The notes under the pieces were generated by a model. The model had not been told where the DNA came from. It saw only the letters and a program-made list of their open reading frames with translations, and did no database searches. A stretch of 64,000 nt of DNA from the human T2T-CHM13v2.0 reference genome, Homo sapiens, in assembly GCF_009914755.1 (NCBI RefSeq), contig NC_060927.1; one strand, 5' to 3'. Within the stretch, counting starts at the first letter, position 1, and the number at the start of each line of letters is the position of its first letter. This document shows positions 1-14,589 of the stretch, piece after piece. The position numbers were made by a program, and so were the translations under genes.

Positions 1-1690
1 ACCCTCAGACATTGTTCCAGGCAACTCAAGTTTCAATAACATTCTCCTTTGAGATATTGAGAAAATTGAGTTAAAATTGTTTTTGGGTGCATGAATTTAC
101 CATATTGTTGCTTCGATTCTTCATTCACAGTAACATATTTTTTAAGCAACAAAACAATACTGTGCAAAGTTTTTGTTAATTTCCCCTTAGTGGTCAATTG
201 TCAATTTTGTGTAAATGAACAATTTTTTGAGGGTTGACTCTATTAAAATCTTCCTGTTTTACCCTTGTGAAGAAACTGTTTAAAAAACAGATAATATATA
301 AAATTGTAAGTATCATTCTTGGGTGAAGGTGAAGCATAAAACTATAGTAATAATTCTTTGTTAATTTTTTCAGCAGTCATTATTTGAATTCTTCTATGTT
401 ACTTAACTTTTCAATTGGTGTAGCTTTTATAAGAAACATGCAGATCACATTGATCATATATAATATTTAAAAATATACTTCATTCACTACTTTTTGTCTA
501 TCAAATGTGATATAATCACATTAATAATTTTCAAAACAGGATGATGTTAGTCATACGGGAAATCTTTTGGAATTCTGGCACTGTATATTGAGAATTCTTA
601 TAAAAATTGAGACTATGATGAAATATTGTGTTTTATTTAAAAATGGATTATAGTCCAAAAGAATTTCCCTAAGTTATGGAAATTAAATCTGGGTAGTACT
701 AAGTCATAAATATAACAACATATTTATCTATTTCCAATTGCTCTAAAAGACACAGAAGCAAAATCCTCAGTATTCATAAATGTTATACACCAGGATAAAG
801 GCATCACACATAATGATTGTATTTGACCATCTTTGGAATGGAAAGGAAGCCCAAACATCAAACCTGATGACTAAACGATTTAGGTGCGATAAAGAGTCCA
901 GTTCATACTTTAGAAAGCTGAGTTAGTATTTTATTTTTCTCCCAAAGCATATATCTGCCTTTATAAGAACCAACCAACCGTATGAATGAGAACTGGAGTC
1001 AAGGTTAAAGTAATCTTGCCCAAGAGAGTAGAGTGTGTTTGCATCGGAAAGAAGCAGCGGCTCAGCTCAGATGAATATTAATAACAACCGGAGGCAGCAC
1101 CTCCCCTGAAAAACATTAGAGCTCCTTGGACATGTGTTTGAAATTCATCCTCCCAAGTCATCCTGTGACTATTGGAGTAGATGGCAATGTCCCATAATGT
1201 GAAGGGGGAAAATACACTATAAATCGTTTTTTAAATATAACACTTTAAAAAATGAAACGAAAGTGACAGAGTGTTCTAAGTCAAGCAACCTTTTCAGATG
1301 GTAAAGGAAAAGCTTTGTCTTTCCTATTATTGTTTGCCCTTCAGTTGACATACATGCTGAGATGCATCAATAGGATTACAACGGAAACACGGTCATCTCT
1401 AGGGTTTCCTCTGTTTCGATTCCTTGATCCTGTTTAAAGAAACAGGCTCAGGGAATGCACAGAAAACAAACTTCCCCAATCGAAGTTCTGAGGTCTTCCC
1501 TCCCCTTCTCCCACCTTCGGAAACCGGTCTAGTTTTCCCGGCAGCACCGGACAGAAATGTCACGGTCATGTTGCATCACTTCACTTGTTGAGCTGTGCGA
1601 AGGCAGCACTTGACCACAGAAACTTGGTGAACCGCCTTGCTCTTAAATTAGCCCCCAAGAATTCTCTCCAGCCCTATAGAAATGTCTTAC

Positions 1691-1711
1691 CTGCATGTGT
1701 CCCTGGTACAT
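1691..1711 (-). CDS. Candidate N-terminal coding segment MYQGHMQ, phase-0 intron follows
   Basis: Minus strand reads gcagaATG TAC CAG GGA CAC ATG CAG|gtaaga: A at -3 and exactly 7 codons to the donor. Gene not recognised. Confidence 0.35.
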
Positions 1712-2010
1712 TCTGCTTCGGTTTCTTCAGGGCTCCCTGAGGCCACCGGATGCTTTTCCCCCGTGCTTACTTGCCCACCAAAAGAGGGGAAAAGGTGGGT
1801 GCACAGCGGGTTCTCAGAGGGTGCTCCTGAGCCCCCTGGAGCTCCGGGTACTCGGCCGGCCGGCGGCCACTCGGCAGCGCTGCGGGCTGCCGGGAACTGT
1901 TCTCCGCTCGGGGTGCTGAAAGCGGACGCGGGAGAGCGCGCAGAGAAGGCGAGGAGCCGGGTCGGCCAGGCTCTCCTGCAGGCGCGGGTCCTGCTCGCGG
2001 GGCGTCTCTA
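1691..2010 (-). other. Candidate first exon ending at donor CAG|gtaaga (exon end 1691; 5' boundary uncertain)
   Basis: Plus-strand 'tcttacctg' at 1685-1693 reads CAG|GTAAGA on the minus strand, a near-consensus 5' splice site at the island edge. Sequence to its left looks intronic (AT-rich). Confidence 0.6.
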
Positions 2011-2620
2011 GAACTCACTCCTTCTTCGCCGAACTCTTTCTCGCTTCCTGCCAGGTTGCCTCATGTCTCTCTCTCTCTGAGCTGCGAACCCCCTCCTCCC
2101 AGCCCTGACGTGAGCGCCTACACCAGCCGCCGCCGCAGCTGCCGAGCGGGGCGCGCGCCGTTCTCCCAGCCGCGTGCCTGCCGAGAGGCCGCGGGACCGG
2201 GCACGCGCGCGCGTTCCCAGGGGCCTGGGAGCGGCCCGAGGGCGGCCCCGGGCGGTGCGCGCTCCCCGAGCGCGTCCTCGGGGCTGCGCGCGCGCGGCGG
2301 CAAGGCGAGGTGCCGGCGGGCGGTGGTCGCGCTGGTGTACAACGCCCGCAGCAGCGCGGCGTTCAGGTGCGGCGTCGGCGGGCAGGGCGATTCTAGCGGA
2401 GAGGATGGCCGGCCGGAAGAAAGGCGGGAAGACATGCATCGTCTCTCCGGGGGCCATCCACCGCGGCTGAGCCTGTTATCCTACAGACATTATAGGCTGA
2501 GTGCAGGGGTTGCCGAAGAGTTTACTTCGGTTCTGATTCAGCTCTCGAAAGTTACGTCCGTATCACCCGTTAAATAAAGACTCCCCGCTCCCCTCATCCC
2601 CAGTTCATCGCCGAGCATTC
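1745..2620. promoter_or_regulatory. CpG island / promoter of a minus-strand gene
   Basis: Abrupt GC- and CpG-rich block (runs of gcgcgcgc, ggcgg) in AT-rich, CpG-poor DNA. It has a CRE-like TGACGTGA at 2106-2113, a (CT)n tract near 2066-2078, and minus-strand GT donors on its left side. Confidence 0.9.
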
Positions 2621-2679
2621 TATTTAAAACGGCAAACCCTAGTCCCTAAGGATCTGGCATGTTTTATTTTTTTCCCTAG

Positions 2680-2890
2680 CACGTAACATCACCTAACATC
2701 CTTTATATTTTCCATATTTATTTTATGTACTGTCTGTCTCTCCCTCTGTACAATGTTATTTCCATGAGATCAGGGACTTTTTTTTAGGGGGGTGGAGTGT
2801 TGCACTTGGTTTTACACGTGTGTGCACAGTAAGGTATTTAGTACTTCCTGACACATGGCAGGCACACAATAAATATTTGCTGAATGAATA
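2680..2890 (+). mobile_element. L2 LINE 3' end fragment
   Basis: Ends in 'cctgacacatggcaggcacacaataaatatttgctgaatgaa', the typical L2 3' terminus. Confidence 0.7.
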
Positions 2891-3514
2891 GACCTTTACT
2901 ACTATACACTTACACACACATACACACATATATGAAGAGTGCATTTAAATATGTCTCAAGTTGAGACTGGGTAGTTTGATGTGTCTACACAATAAATGTT
3001 CATATATACACACACACCACGGGGTGGTGTATACTGTGATTACCTAATTTTGTTGGTAAAAACATCTCCAATTCTACAGGCCCCTCATATTATGTACAGC
3101 ATGATATCCCCAAAATATTGCATATAGCATAATATGCTTTTTATAAAGTTTAAAAAATCCCTAGAAATGTCAATGTGTATTCATATATTCATATACAACA
3201 ATATAAAAAGGAAAGCAGTGGAACAATGAATATAGTGTTCAGAGTGTTGGTGACCCTGGGTGAAGGGAGGCAGGGAAATAGATGGGGAAGCATTTCACTT
3301 GAAGGTTAGATGTTAATGTCTTATCTTCTATGCCGGGTAGTGATTCATAGGACACCTAATATCCTATTAAAAATTACTGTGTAACTAAATAAAATAGAAC
3401 CATGTATGGACTAATGAGGAGAATGTGAAATGAACAAAAGGATGTGAAATGAACCAATTCAATGCATCTGAGGTCCTAAAACAACCAACCAAACAAACAC
3501 AAAAGGACTAAGAC

Positions 3515-3900
3515 CTGTAAGCAGGAGACATGGATTCCTATTAGATTCCACTAGTAGTTACCCTTGGACAATTTCCTTTTACTACTTTGGACATCAGTTT
3601 TTTCATGTCTAAACTCTGTATAAAAAACTTATTTTTTTTACCCTGAAAATAGAGATATGTTCATAAGCACTGTAAACTGTAAAATGTCATCCAGTTCTTA
3701 TTTTATTGTTCTTTATAGGACAAAGCACAGGACTTGGAGTCAGCAACAAGAGGTGCTAGTTCCATCTCACTACCTCAATGCTCTCTTGGGCAAGTGTACC
3801 AACTCTCTATTTCCTCAATTTTGAAATAAGACAAATATCTACCTAGTGTGCTGCACAGAGCTGCTGAGGACTGAATGTATGCAAAGGAAGTTGTAAATTA
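3515..3900 (+). mobile_element. Two degenerate MIR fragments
   Basis: MIR-core-like 'ccttggacaatttc...cagttttttcatgtctaaa' and 'ttgggcaagtgt...tttcctcaattttgaaataag'. Confidence 0.5.
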
Positions 3901-4329
3901 CCAACCATGATATATGAATATGCAAACAGACTTTTTTTTCCCAGTTCAGAAAAGATGAGGACTGATTTTCTGAGACCTCAAGTACTGCAGATTTTAAAAT
4001 GGTACTAATTATCATATAATACTATCATGTTATATAAAAACTGGGAAAAGTATAGTGCTTTGATTTAAAAGTACTAGAAATCTGTGAAGTAACAATAGGG
4101 TCAAAGTTTTCCAATCCATTATATGCTTGTTATTATCTAACGGCAGGTTCAAGGAGCCAACAACCATAAAAGCATTTGGATCAGAATGGCAACTGCCTAG
4201 TGTTGAAGCTAGAACTCAATATATTCTCTTCTTAAACCTGAGTCACTGATTTCGTTACTGCCTACATTCTCAAAATCTCAGGAGTGAAAGCTTTCCTTTG
4301 TGAAGAATTCCTCTTCACACTTATTCCTT

Positions 4330-4610
4330 CTGTTAGAAGATAAACTAAGGCACATTAAAATTTTAAAGGGTTTTTTGAGCAAATAGCCATTCATGCATCA
4401 GGCAGCAGCAGACCGAAAGCAGTTGGGGACTCTGTCGGAAGTCGTTAAAGGGAAAGATTTTATAGGGTAAATGTGGAAGCAGAGCAAAGAAATTATTTGG
4501 TTAAAGAGGAATACTGGATTTATTTGGATCATTCTAATGGAAAGTCCATAGTTAGAGGTTAGTTTGTGGTTTCTGATTGGTTAAGCTTAACTTTCACTTT
4601 CCTAGAATAT
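4330..4610. mobile_element. ERV1-type LTR fragment
   Basis: Starts 'tgttagaagataaa...ttgagcaaatagccattcatgcatcaggcagc', resembling MER4-group LTR ends. Subfamily uncertain. Confidence 0.4.
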
Positions 4611-4733
4611 TTCTTAGACTAGGAATGAGATTTGAATTATCTTTATTTTCCTCAGAAACAATGCATGTCTAATAAGCTAGGTCCAGAAAAATATTTTACA
4701 AAAGATTTATTTTGTAATTAAATTTGAAGACCC

Positions 4734-4897
4734 TTGTTACTCAAAACGTGGTGTGTGGACCAGCAACATCAGCATGTCCTGGGAGCTTGTAAGAAATGCA
4801 GACTCTTGGGTGCCATTTCTGACCTACTGAATTAGAATATGCGTTTCAACAAGATCCCCAGGTGCTTGTATGCACCATAAAATTTGACCAGCACTGT
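4734..4897. mobile_element. MER5A (hAT-Charlie) MITE
   Basis: 'ctcaaaacgtggt...ggaccagcaacatcagc...gggagcttgtaagaaatgcaga...aacaagatccccaggtg...aaaatttgaccagcactg'. Confidence 0.8.
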
Positions 4898-6084
4898 GGC
4901 CTAGAAGGTTTATTTATTCATGTAAATATGTGGCAAAGCTAGCTCTTGCCTTTTGCAGTGATAACACATGAGCAACCTCAGTACCACTAGAGAAGAAGAA
5001 TGCATATTGCACTCCATTTATAAAATAATCTCACTGTATTTTGAGTGGTCAGTGGACTTGGCATAAAATCATAGCACATTCAGCTTTCTTACAGCAAGAA
5101 ATGTGCTTAGTACCACTGCAATTTTAATCACTGTAATACAATTAAATAATTGAGAGGTAGCAGTAGAATCTATTTTGTATTGACAAAATTTAATTTTGCT
5201 TATTAGTAAGCGAATCCTCCTGCATTTCAAATGGGTATTGAAAATTCAGGATTTATTAAATCTTTGAAAAAACTTAGTAAAAATGATGAGGTTAGTGTTC
5301 TTGTGGACTTAAAAATCAGAGATAAGAGTCTTTTGATGATTCAATCATTCTTTCATAATCTGTAGAATTCAAACTCTGGTGCTGAAAGATGGTGCAGGAG
5401 AGAACAAAAGTCAAAATAATTGTAGACCAAAATTAAAATGACTAATTGGTATTTGTTGTTCAATCAGAAGGAGGAACATTTTGTTAAAGTTTGCCCACTT
5501 ACCCTTTTTGTCTCTTCGACACATAGAATGAGATTAGCTGGTGTTTCAGGGCATTTGATCTGGAAAAAATTTGGGAACCCCAGGCTGCCAGGAAGAATTA
5601 TGAATAATAAGAGTATGTGGACTCTGATGACGAGGAGATGGCAGCAATGTTCTTCCAAATGAACAAACAAGCTGGATGCTTCAGAGCTGGGCCTCCTATT
5701 AAACCAATTTAAGAAATTACACTATATTTGTTTACTCTTTAGGACAATGTTTTTTCAGTGATCCAATATTGCTTTTAATATTAAGTGTACTTTCTAGAGT
5801 TTCTTATTCCTGGTGAGAAAACATTTGTGAACAAAAATATTTCTTGCTTTTGACTACTCCTTTCTACTGTTGCCACTGCCATCCTAGCCCAGATTCCCTA
5901 AACCTCTTATCACTTAAAGCTAGTTTTATCACCTCCGTTCATCTCCTACGTCAACCTGTCATATACATCGCAGCCAGATTAATTTTATAAAGGTCAGCAT
6001 TAATCACAATGCTGCTCAGGTCAGAAATCTTTAGTGGCTTTCCATTGCCCACTAATGTCCCAAAACTTCAGCTTTTTATTCACA

Positions 6085-6612
6085 GTCATGGAATATCGTT
6101 TGCTGCCCAGAGCAACATCCTCTTCTAGTGGCAGGAAGCCTCTTTTCTCAAGGCTCTTTGCTTTGAATAACCATCTCTTCCTCACTCTGGTCCACTTGTG
6201 TGGTAGGAAACATTTTACTACCAGGCTTTGGGGTTGCAACATAGCACCCAGGCTGAGCCAACCAGTGCATTCCGTCCCCATTGGTCACAGTTGGAGATGG
6301 GCATATTACCCACGTCAGTCAATCAGGGAAATGAACTCAGCTCCAGGACTACTCGGGAGCAGATTGATTCTTCCTCTGGACTGGATGTTCTACTGATGTT
6401 AGCTTGGAACTGCCAGAATCCAGCACACCAATTCTGAAAAGAAAACCAACCTGGGGGAATAATAATCCAGGCAGGCTCCAGGAGACAAAATTTGAGCCAC
6501 TAAATAAACCACACTTAAAAGCTAGTCTAAAGTAATCTTTATTTCAGCTAGTGCCATCTCTTTTCTGGTTTACTGGATTTTTGGTCACTTGCAACCAAAA
6601 GAATACTTATGA
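6085..6612 (+). mobile_element. Old MLT1 (MaLR) solo LTR
   Basis: Ends 'ttttggtcacttgcaaccaaaagaatactta', typical of MLT1J/K-type LTR 3' ends. Confidence 0.5.
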
Positions 6613-6912
6613 ATACAGTGGCTTTCCATAGACTGACCCTGTCTTTTTTCAGTTCTGTATGTTCTCTACCTTTTGCAATAACCCTGCTTTTTAATTATTC
6701 CCCAAAGTCAGCCCAAGTTATACTCATACTCTTGCCTCTTCTTGGAATGTACTCTCTCTCCCCACTCCTCTTGAATAAAAGCTCATTCATTTATCAAATT
6801 TGGTTTCCAATTCCATTTCCTTCCTGAAGCCTTTCTTCATCCTCTAACTGAATACTTCTCTTTGCTGGGAACTTCTTTATGATACGCCAAATGACATTTT
6901 TTTAAATTATAG

Positions 6913-7222
6913 TTTTTCTTTTTTTGTTGTTTTGGAGACAGGGTCTTGCTCTATTGTTTAGACGGCAGTGCGGTGGCATGATCATAGTTCACTGTAGCCT
7001 CAAACTCCTTGGCTCAAGTGATCTTCCTGCCTCAGCTTCCTGAGTTGCTGAAACTACAGGCATGCACCACCATGCCTGGCTAATTTTTTTAAAAACCTTT
7101 TTTGTAGAGTTAGGGTCTTTTTATGTTGCTCAGGGTAGTCTTGAATTCCTGGCCTCAAGGGAGCCTTGTGACTCATCCTTCCAAAGTGCTGGAATTACAG
7201 GTGTGAGCCACTACACCAGGCC
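6913..7222 (-). mobile_element. AluJ
   Basis: T-rich tail, then 'gagacagggtcttgct...atcatagttcactgtagcctc...gctcaagtgatc...gtgagccac'; J-type diagnostics and high divergence. Confidence 0.9.
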
Positions 7223-7338
7223 CCCAAAATTTTTCTTTTGTTTAGTTATTTCTGTGCTTTTTAACTCTCTATTAGACGTAGGCAGATGTAGAGACAAGAA
7301 CCTTGTTTTATTCCTTTTTATTCTTAAATAACTTATGA

Positions 7339-8985
<1,647 letters not shown>

Positions 8986-9964
8986 ATTCTAATAACTGTA
9001 GAAAATAAATTAGAAGTATTGAAACAGTATGGAAACCAAGAAAATAAAATAATTCTAAAATAATTTATTCTGAATATGAATTTAAAATATAATTCTTTTG
9101 AATAAAATATTAATGAAACTGTCATTGATTTTATGTAGAATCACGCAATATTAAGGCTGGGGAGAAAAAGCTTATAGCTCTGTGGACTGATTCCCTGCTT
9201 TTTCAAGTAAAGAATGTCAGGACCAACAAAGTCAAGTGCCTAATTCCTAAAGTGATTTTTTAATGTGAAATAAATTATTCTATTTATGAATAAATAAAGG
9301 AATTTGGGGGTATAATTAACTCAAAGTACACTAGTAATGACCAAATTCAATTCATGCCACAAAATACTGACATCTGAAAAAATATTTTTGATGAATTAGT
9401 ACATTAGGGAGAAAATATAGTGGATGAATAATTAGACTTAGGAAAAGGTGACTATCCTCATGAACATTTGCAGAAAGGCATTTCAGGAATATTATTGAAC
9501 CAAAGCTCTACTTTATATCAGTGAAAATGACGTTGGTTTTGTTACTCACAAAAAGAAGGGATTTGATTTTTAAAAGAGTTCATGCTGCAGAAAGAGATAA
9601 GCAAGATTAAAACAACTATAGAGGTGATAAAATCTTATAAGGAATTGGGAATTATAGTTTCTAATCCTGGTTAAAGTAATTATCTTTCCTTGAGTATCCT
9701 ATTCTGATTTACCTCTTTTACAACAGACAGTTGTCAGCAGGAAAATGAAATCTTAAGGCTACTTTTGAAAAAAGAACTAAGATTTTGATGTGATATATAA
9801 TGCCTATGTGTAAATGCTTGTAAAATTAAAATGTTTTAAAACAAGGTAATTGGTATTTGTTACAGCCTATGGCATTTTGCAACTGGATGGTAGAGCTTAG
9901 GTTTTTTAATTCCAAAAAGGGTGAATCACTAGAATATTATATATTATTGTAATAAACATTCATA

Positions 9965-10625
9965 GTGTCTTAGTTTCGACTCATATCTCTCCTGGACTAT
10001 TTGTGAAAGCCTCCTACATTTTTTTGTCCTCCTCTTTTTCTTCATTCTAGTCTATTCTCTATGAAGTAATGAAAGTCAACATTCAAAAATAATTGTAAAT
10101 TACTTTTAAATATATATATATTTGAAATAAATTAACTTTCTCCATTAGCAGGAGGATAAAACCCACATTTTATTTTAGAGCAAGCAAAGCTGTTCACTAT
10201 TATTCCTTCCAAACTTCTTTTCCTACAAGTACCCAATTATAGTTTAGACTTCTTCAGCTGATGGCAGTCCCCTGCATATGCCACAGTGGGTCATACCTCC
10301 ATGCCTGAGCATTTGATGTTCCCTCTACTTGCAACTTGCTCCCTTCCTTCTTCTCCTTCAAGTGCTAGGAAATACATATGTTTGCTTCAGGCCTTTGTTC
10401 AAGTGTCAGCTCCACTATGATGTTTTCCTTTACTCTGCATGCTTTATTCGTGATTACATAGTGGTTGCATGCACTCCTCAACAGTGTTATCTCACAAGAG
10501 TGTAATTGTTTATTTGCAGACCTGCCTTCTCCACTATGCTGTACATCCTAGCAAGCAGAGATTGTTCTTATACACTACTGTTTCCTCAGGGCTGAGCACA
10601 GTGCCCAGCATTATTGAATGAATAC
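9965..10625 (+). mobile_element. L2 3' fragment
   Basis: Pyrimidine-rich L2-like body ending 'ctgagcacagtgcccagcattattgaatgaat'. Confidence 0.65.
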
Positions 10626-11100
10626 ATTTCCATCTTTCCATTAATAGTCTTTTCAGTTTTCCAAAGTGATGCAGTCAATTTTTTGTCAGTAAATATGCAA
10701 AAAAGTGAATGTTAATAAAAAAAAATTATGAATTTTACTCATTTGGCAAAATAAGGAATTCAGCATTGAAAACCAACGAAGTCTTTTAAGCCCTCTAATG
10801 AAAAGTTATTTTCAGGCACATGTACTATTAACTGTATCAGAGATAAAACTAAAATAGATTATGGTAATCACTTTACTGCTGAAGAAATTGAGAGCTGGAC
10901 AAGTTAAGGGACTGATCAGATCAAGGTCTCAGCTCTGGCCAGTCCTCTTTGTCCACCTCAAAAGAGCTGGAATCCCAGGAAAAGGAATGTGAGAACCACT
11001 TGAGCAGCCTATCAGACCTTCCTGAAAATCAGGGACACCTAGGCCAGTGTTGAAGCTGTGGTTCTTCTAACCAATGTGAAGAATGATAAGGATTTGAGTT

Positions 11101-11131
11101 GGGGGGCGGCGGGGGCGGGGGGGGGGGGGTG
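11101..11131 (+). repeat. G-rich tract (G-quadruplex-capable)
   Basis: About 30 nt of almost pure G interrupted by three C (ggggggcggcgggggcgggg...). Confidence 0.7.
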
Positions 11132-11269
11132 AAAATTTGGTAGATTCTCTGCTCTAATGAATGGATGAGGCTCATTTTATACTAGCAAATACTCCTAAGG
11201 AAATTGATTCAGTTTGGTAAATGAAAATATACTTGAGCTTTGAAATTTCTCAGACTTTGAGAAGAAAAA

Positions 11270-12010
11270 TTATTCACAACATAAATGACAGAAAATGGGC
11301 AATTATATTGCAAATACCTTTTATGAATATATTTTTGAAAGATAAAAAATCCAATAGGAACAAGGGCAAAATATAAAATAAAAATTCACTAAATAAAGAA
11401 ATTTAAATGTTCAAAATAATAAATGATTAATAAATAAAGAAGTTAGCAAAAATAGTAATGAAAGGAATGGTTACTTAAACATAGCAGTGTCATTGTTGCT
11501 TATTGAGTTGGCAAAGTTCTCTCTCTCTCTCTTTTTTTTTTTTTTGAGAAGATGCTCAGTATTGGAGATGTGCTTGAAACTGACCCTTTTCTACATTGCA
11601 AGGGGCATTGTCCTTAGTGCAACTTTTCTGGAGGATGGTTTGGCAATACAGATCAAGAGCTTCAAAAATAGTAATGTCCAGTGACAATATTTCCACTTTC
11701 AAAAATTTTTAAATAATCATGAATTTCCACTAAGATTTATGTATAAAGAATTGCTTTTTAATAATGGGAAATTGGAAACAACTTAAATGACCAACAATAG
11801 GAAAATGGTAATTTATTCATTTGAGTATGATAGAATACCATTCATCATCTAAAAAGAGTGATTTAGAAACTAATGGCATGGAAAATATGTTAGTAAATAT
11901 TAATGAAAAAAGTGATTTCTATTATAATATATATAGCAGTATATGTGTGTATATATATACATAGGGCATATGTATGTGCATGTGTACATATATATGCATA
12001 TATATATAAT
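11270..12010 (+). mobile_element. Ancient L1M (L1ME-like) 3' fragment
   Basis: Degenerate ORF2-end motifs 'tagtgcaacttttctggagg..tttggcaata' and 'aattggaaacaacttaaatgaccaacaatagg'. Confidence 0.6.
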
Positions 12011-12074
12011 ATAATCTCTTGCTGTCTGACTCTCTCTAAAGGAACATTCACTATAATTATTTTTGAAAACAATT

Positions 12075-12760
12075 ACCAAAAATTGACAAAACAATTCACC
12101 ATACAAATTCATTATCTTAAAAAAAAACTTATGAGGAATTTGCCAACACTAGCTAGGGAAAATTAGTAATGTGAAAGCAAGAAGGTGTACTGACCACTGC
12201 AGTCTTATTGCACCTATTCCCTATAAGAGTTTAAACATGCTGTGAATTATCATTTATGGTCTTTCCAACCCTTTCCCTGTGGATCTAGATATTCAAGGGT
12301 ACCAGTGATTGCTTCTGTGAGGCACCCGAAGGGGTCTACCAGCCCAGGTTTAATTCAGATGTTACTTTAATTATCTGATTCATTATTTTATTGTTTGCAT
12401 TACAGGCACACTTTCTGTAGTGTAGAAGGAAAATGTAATTTACATTTGCTAATGTACAATCTCCATGTGTACTGCATGCAAACATGCCTACTAATGAGTT
12501 CATTAAGAGTTTAATAATTAGGTAATTGGTGTTTTATCTGCTTTATATTATGCAGAAATTCTTGGCGACTTGTTATATTGGTGTTTAAGAGTGTTTTAAT
12601 GATATTTGAGGAAATTATTTGGAGGGTTTTGATGGGTTGAAAATTTTTTTCATATTAAAGTGATGAGATATAGGCTCCTGTTAACTGAAAATTTACTATT
12701 TCAACATTTTTTAAGAAGCAGATTATTTTCAGATAATGAAGATAATGAGAGATGCTTATA
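12075..12760. mobile_element. Possible old Tigger-like DNA transposon fragment
   Basis: Ends ('tcattatctt' / 'cagataatga') are loosely inverted and resemble Tigger termini. Weak support. Confidence 0.3.
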
Positions 12761-14364
12761 TATGTGTGTAAGTGTATGTTTTCAATATTTGTTCTAGAAT
12801 CAAATACCTCTGGGATGCTAGTAGTGATGCCTACTCTGTGAGTTTATGTTGAGTTTTGCATTGTAATTCTGTATTTTCTAAGTTTTGCAAAGTGAGGTTT
12901 GCCATGAAGTTTTGCCAATAAAGCAAACAAACTAAAAAGGAAGATAGATAAATGAGGGTCCCAGACTTCATTTCAGTGACTTCAGTGAGGCGGGAAGAAA
13001 TTGAGTGCTATTTGTAAAAGGGGTGTGGCAAGAATGTGTTTTTGGTGAAAACATGATGAAAACCTAGAGCATATGACACGGGTTCTGAGAAAGGAGTGAA
13101 TAGCTACTTAGTAGATTCTTCTGTGTTGCTCTTTTGTATCTGAAACATTCATATAATTTTGTGTCTTTTGAACACCAGTGCAAGTCAGAGGGTAGGACTC
13201 AGAAACTCTAGGGGACAATCACAAAGGCATTTAACATTAGGCTGGATACCTTGTATTTATGTTATCTGTAAGGAGCTAACATGAATATTGACAAGTACTG
13301 CTGAAAATGTGTGGTAGAGAGATACAGAGTTTCTGTAATTCAGCTGTTCCTAAGTTTCCTATGTTAACAGCAGTGATGGTTCCTCATCTCGCTTGATTAG
13401 GAGGAAGTCCTGTTTGTTACCTTCTTCCTCTTTTTGAGACTCTCCAGTAATATATGTCTTCTCATCTGGACAGTTTCTTTAGGTTTCTTGGTTTCTCATA
13501 ACCATTTCTTAAGGCTTCTGCAGCAATTCACACAACACCTTGTTCCATGTGTGGACCTAGGTCCCATTCTAAATCCCCCAGACCTGTAAGAGCAGGCTGT
13601 GGTTTTAAATAAAACTTTATGAAAGGCTTGAGGCTAACAGAATGGGGTTTACGATGCAGAAGAAAACCAACTGGAGATTAGATGTTGCTATTCCCAACTG
13701 GCCATTCTCCCATTTTCCTTGGCCAGTGCCATGTTAGAGAAGTGTGTTCTTCCCCATCATTTAGAGGTGGCATTGACAAAATACTCTCTGTTCTTGGGTT
13801 CAGAACCCCTAAAATTGGACAATTTATGGTTTTCAGAAACAGCACTCAATGAAGAGGCCCTTTATTTATAATGCAGTGCAGTTTAGCTCCTCATTGTCCA
13901 TTTGAGATTAGGATCTTAGTGTGATAGCTGTCTTTCTAAAGTTATTGAATTGTTTTTTTTCTCAAATAAGAGTCCTGAGCCATAAGGGTGAAATCAAGCC
14001 ACCACCATGAGCAACAGAAAGAACTGTAGAAACTTTGACATTACAAAAAAAAAAAAAAAAGTTTCAAAAAGTTTCAAAGCTCTTAGAATCAATTCCTTGG
14101 GCTTGGCTCAAGTTCAAAAATCTGGTTACTCAGCCTATTCTGCTCTTATCAAAAGGTTTTGCAAACAGAAAATTTCCTCAAGCACTTAAATTAGCATGCC
14201 ATGATTGGTTGGAGTGTATGTGAGGGGTATTTTCCAAAGCTGACTCCAGCAGTCACGTTTTCATTTCTCCCTGTTACATTTCTAATGAGCCACAGATGGA
14301 AAATCAGAATTAATAATATCAGAATTTGCATATCATTATTACCAATGTAAGATATGCAAAATGT

Positions 14365-14568
14365 CACTGAGTCCCAGCTCTTATACCTACTAGATATATT
14401 TGGCTTTTGTAAGTCACTGAATCTCATTCAGCCTTAGTTTCTTCACCTGAAAAATGGAGATAATACTTACCCTTAAGGTTTATTGCAAAGATTGTAGATC
14501 AGTTCCATAAATTGCTGGGCATGGTGTCTTGCACATCACAGATAATGAATAAATTATAGCTATTGTGA
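14365..14568 (+). mobile_element. MIR
   Basis: 'gagtcccagctct...aagtcactgaatctc..agccttagtttcttcacctgaaaaatggagataata'. Confidence 0.8.
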
Positions 14569-14589
14569 CTATATGATGAGGATTCATCT

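Noticed and set aside
1691-2064. Assigning a gene symbol to the minus-strand gene
   Set aside because: Only a putative first exon is present and I do not recognise it reliably.
1682-2577. Overlapping 74-173 aa ORFs in the CpG island
   Set aside because: Arg/Ala/Pro/Gly-rich frames on both strands are expected from stop-poor GC-rich DNA. Several start at TTG/GTG and none has a recognisable domain.
3014-3030. Small hairpin acaccac-ggg-gtggtgt
   Set aside because: A 7-bp stem next to a CA run is expected by chance.
13998-14189. Kozak-like gcccaccaccATG ORF (60 aa) with an A-run
   Set aside because: Short, its lysine run comes from poly-A, there is no TSD or recognisable parent gene, and no promoter is nearby.
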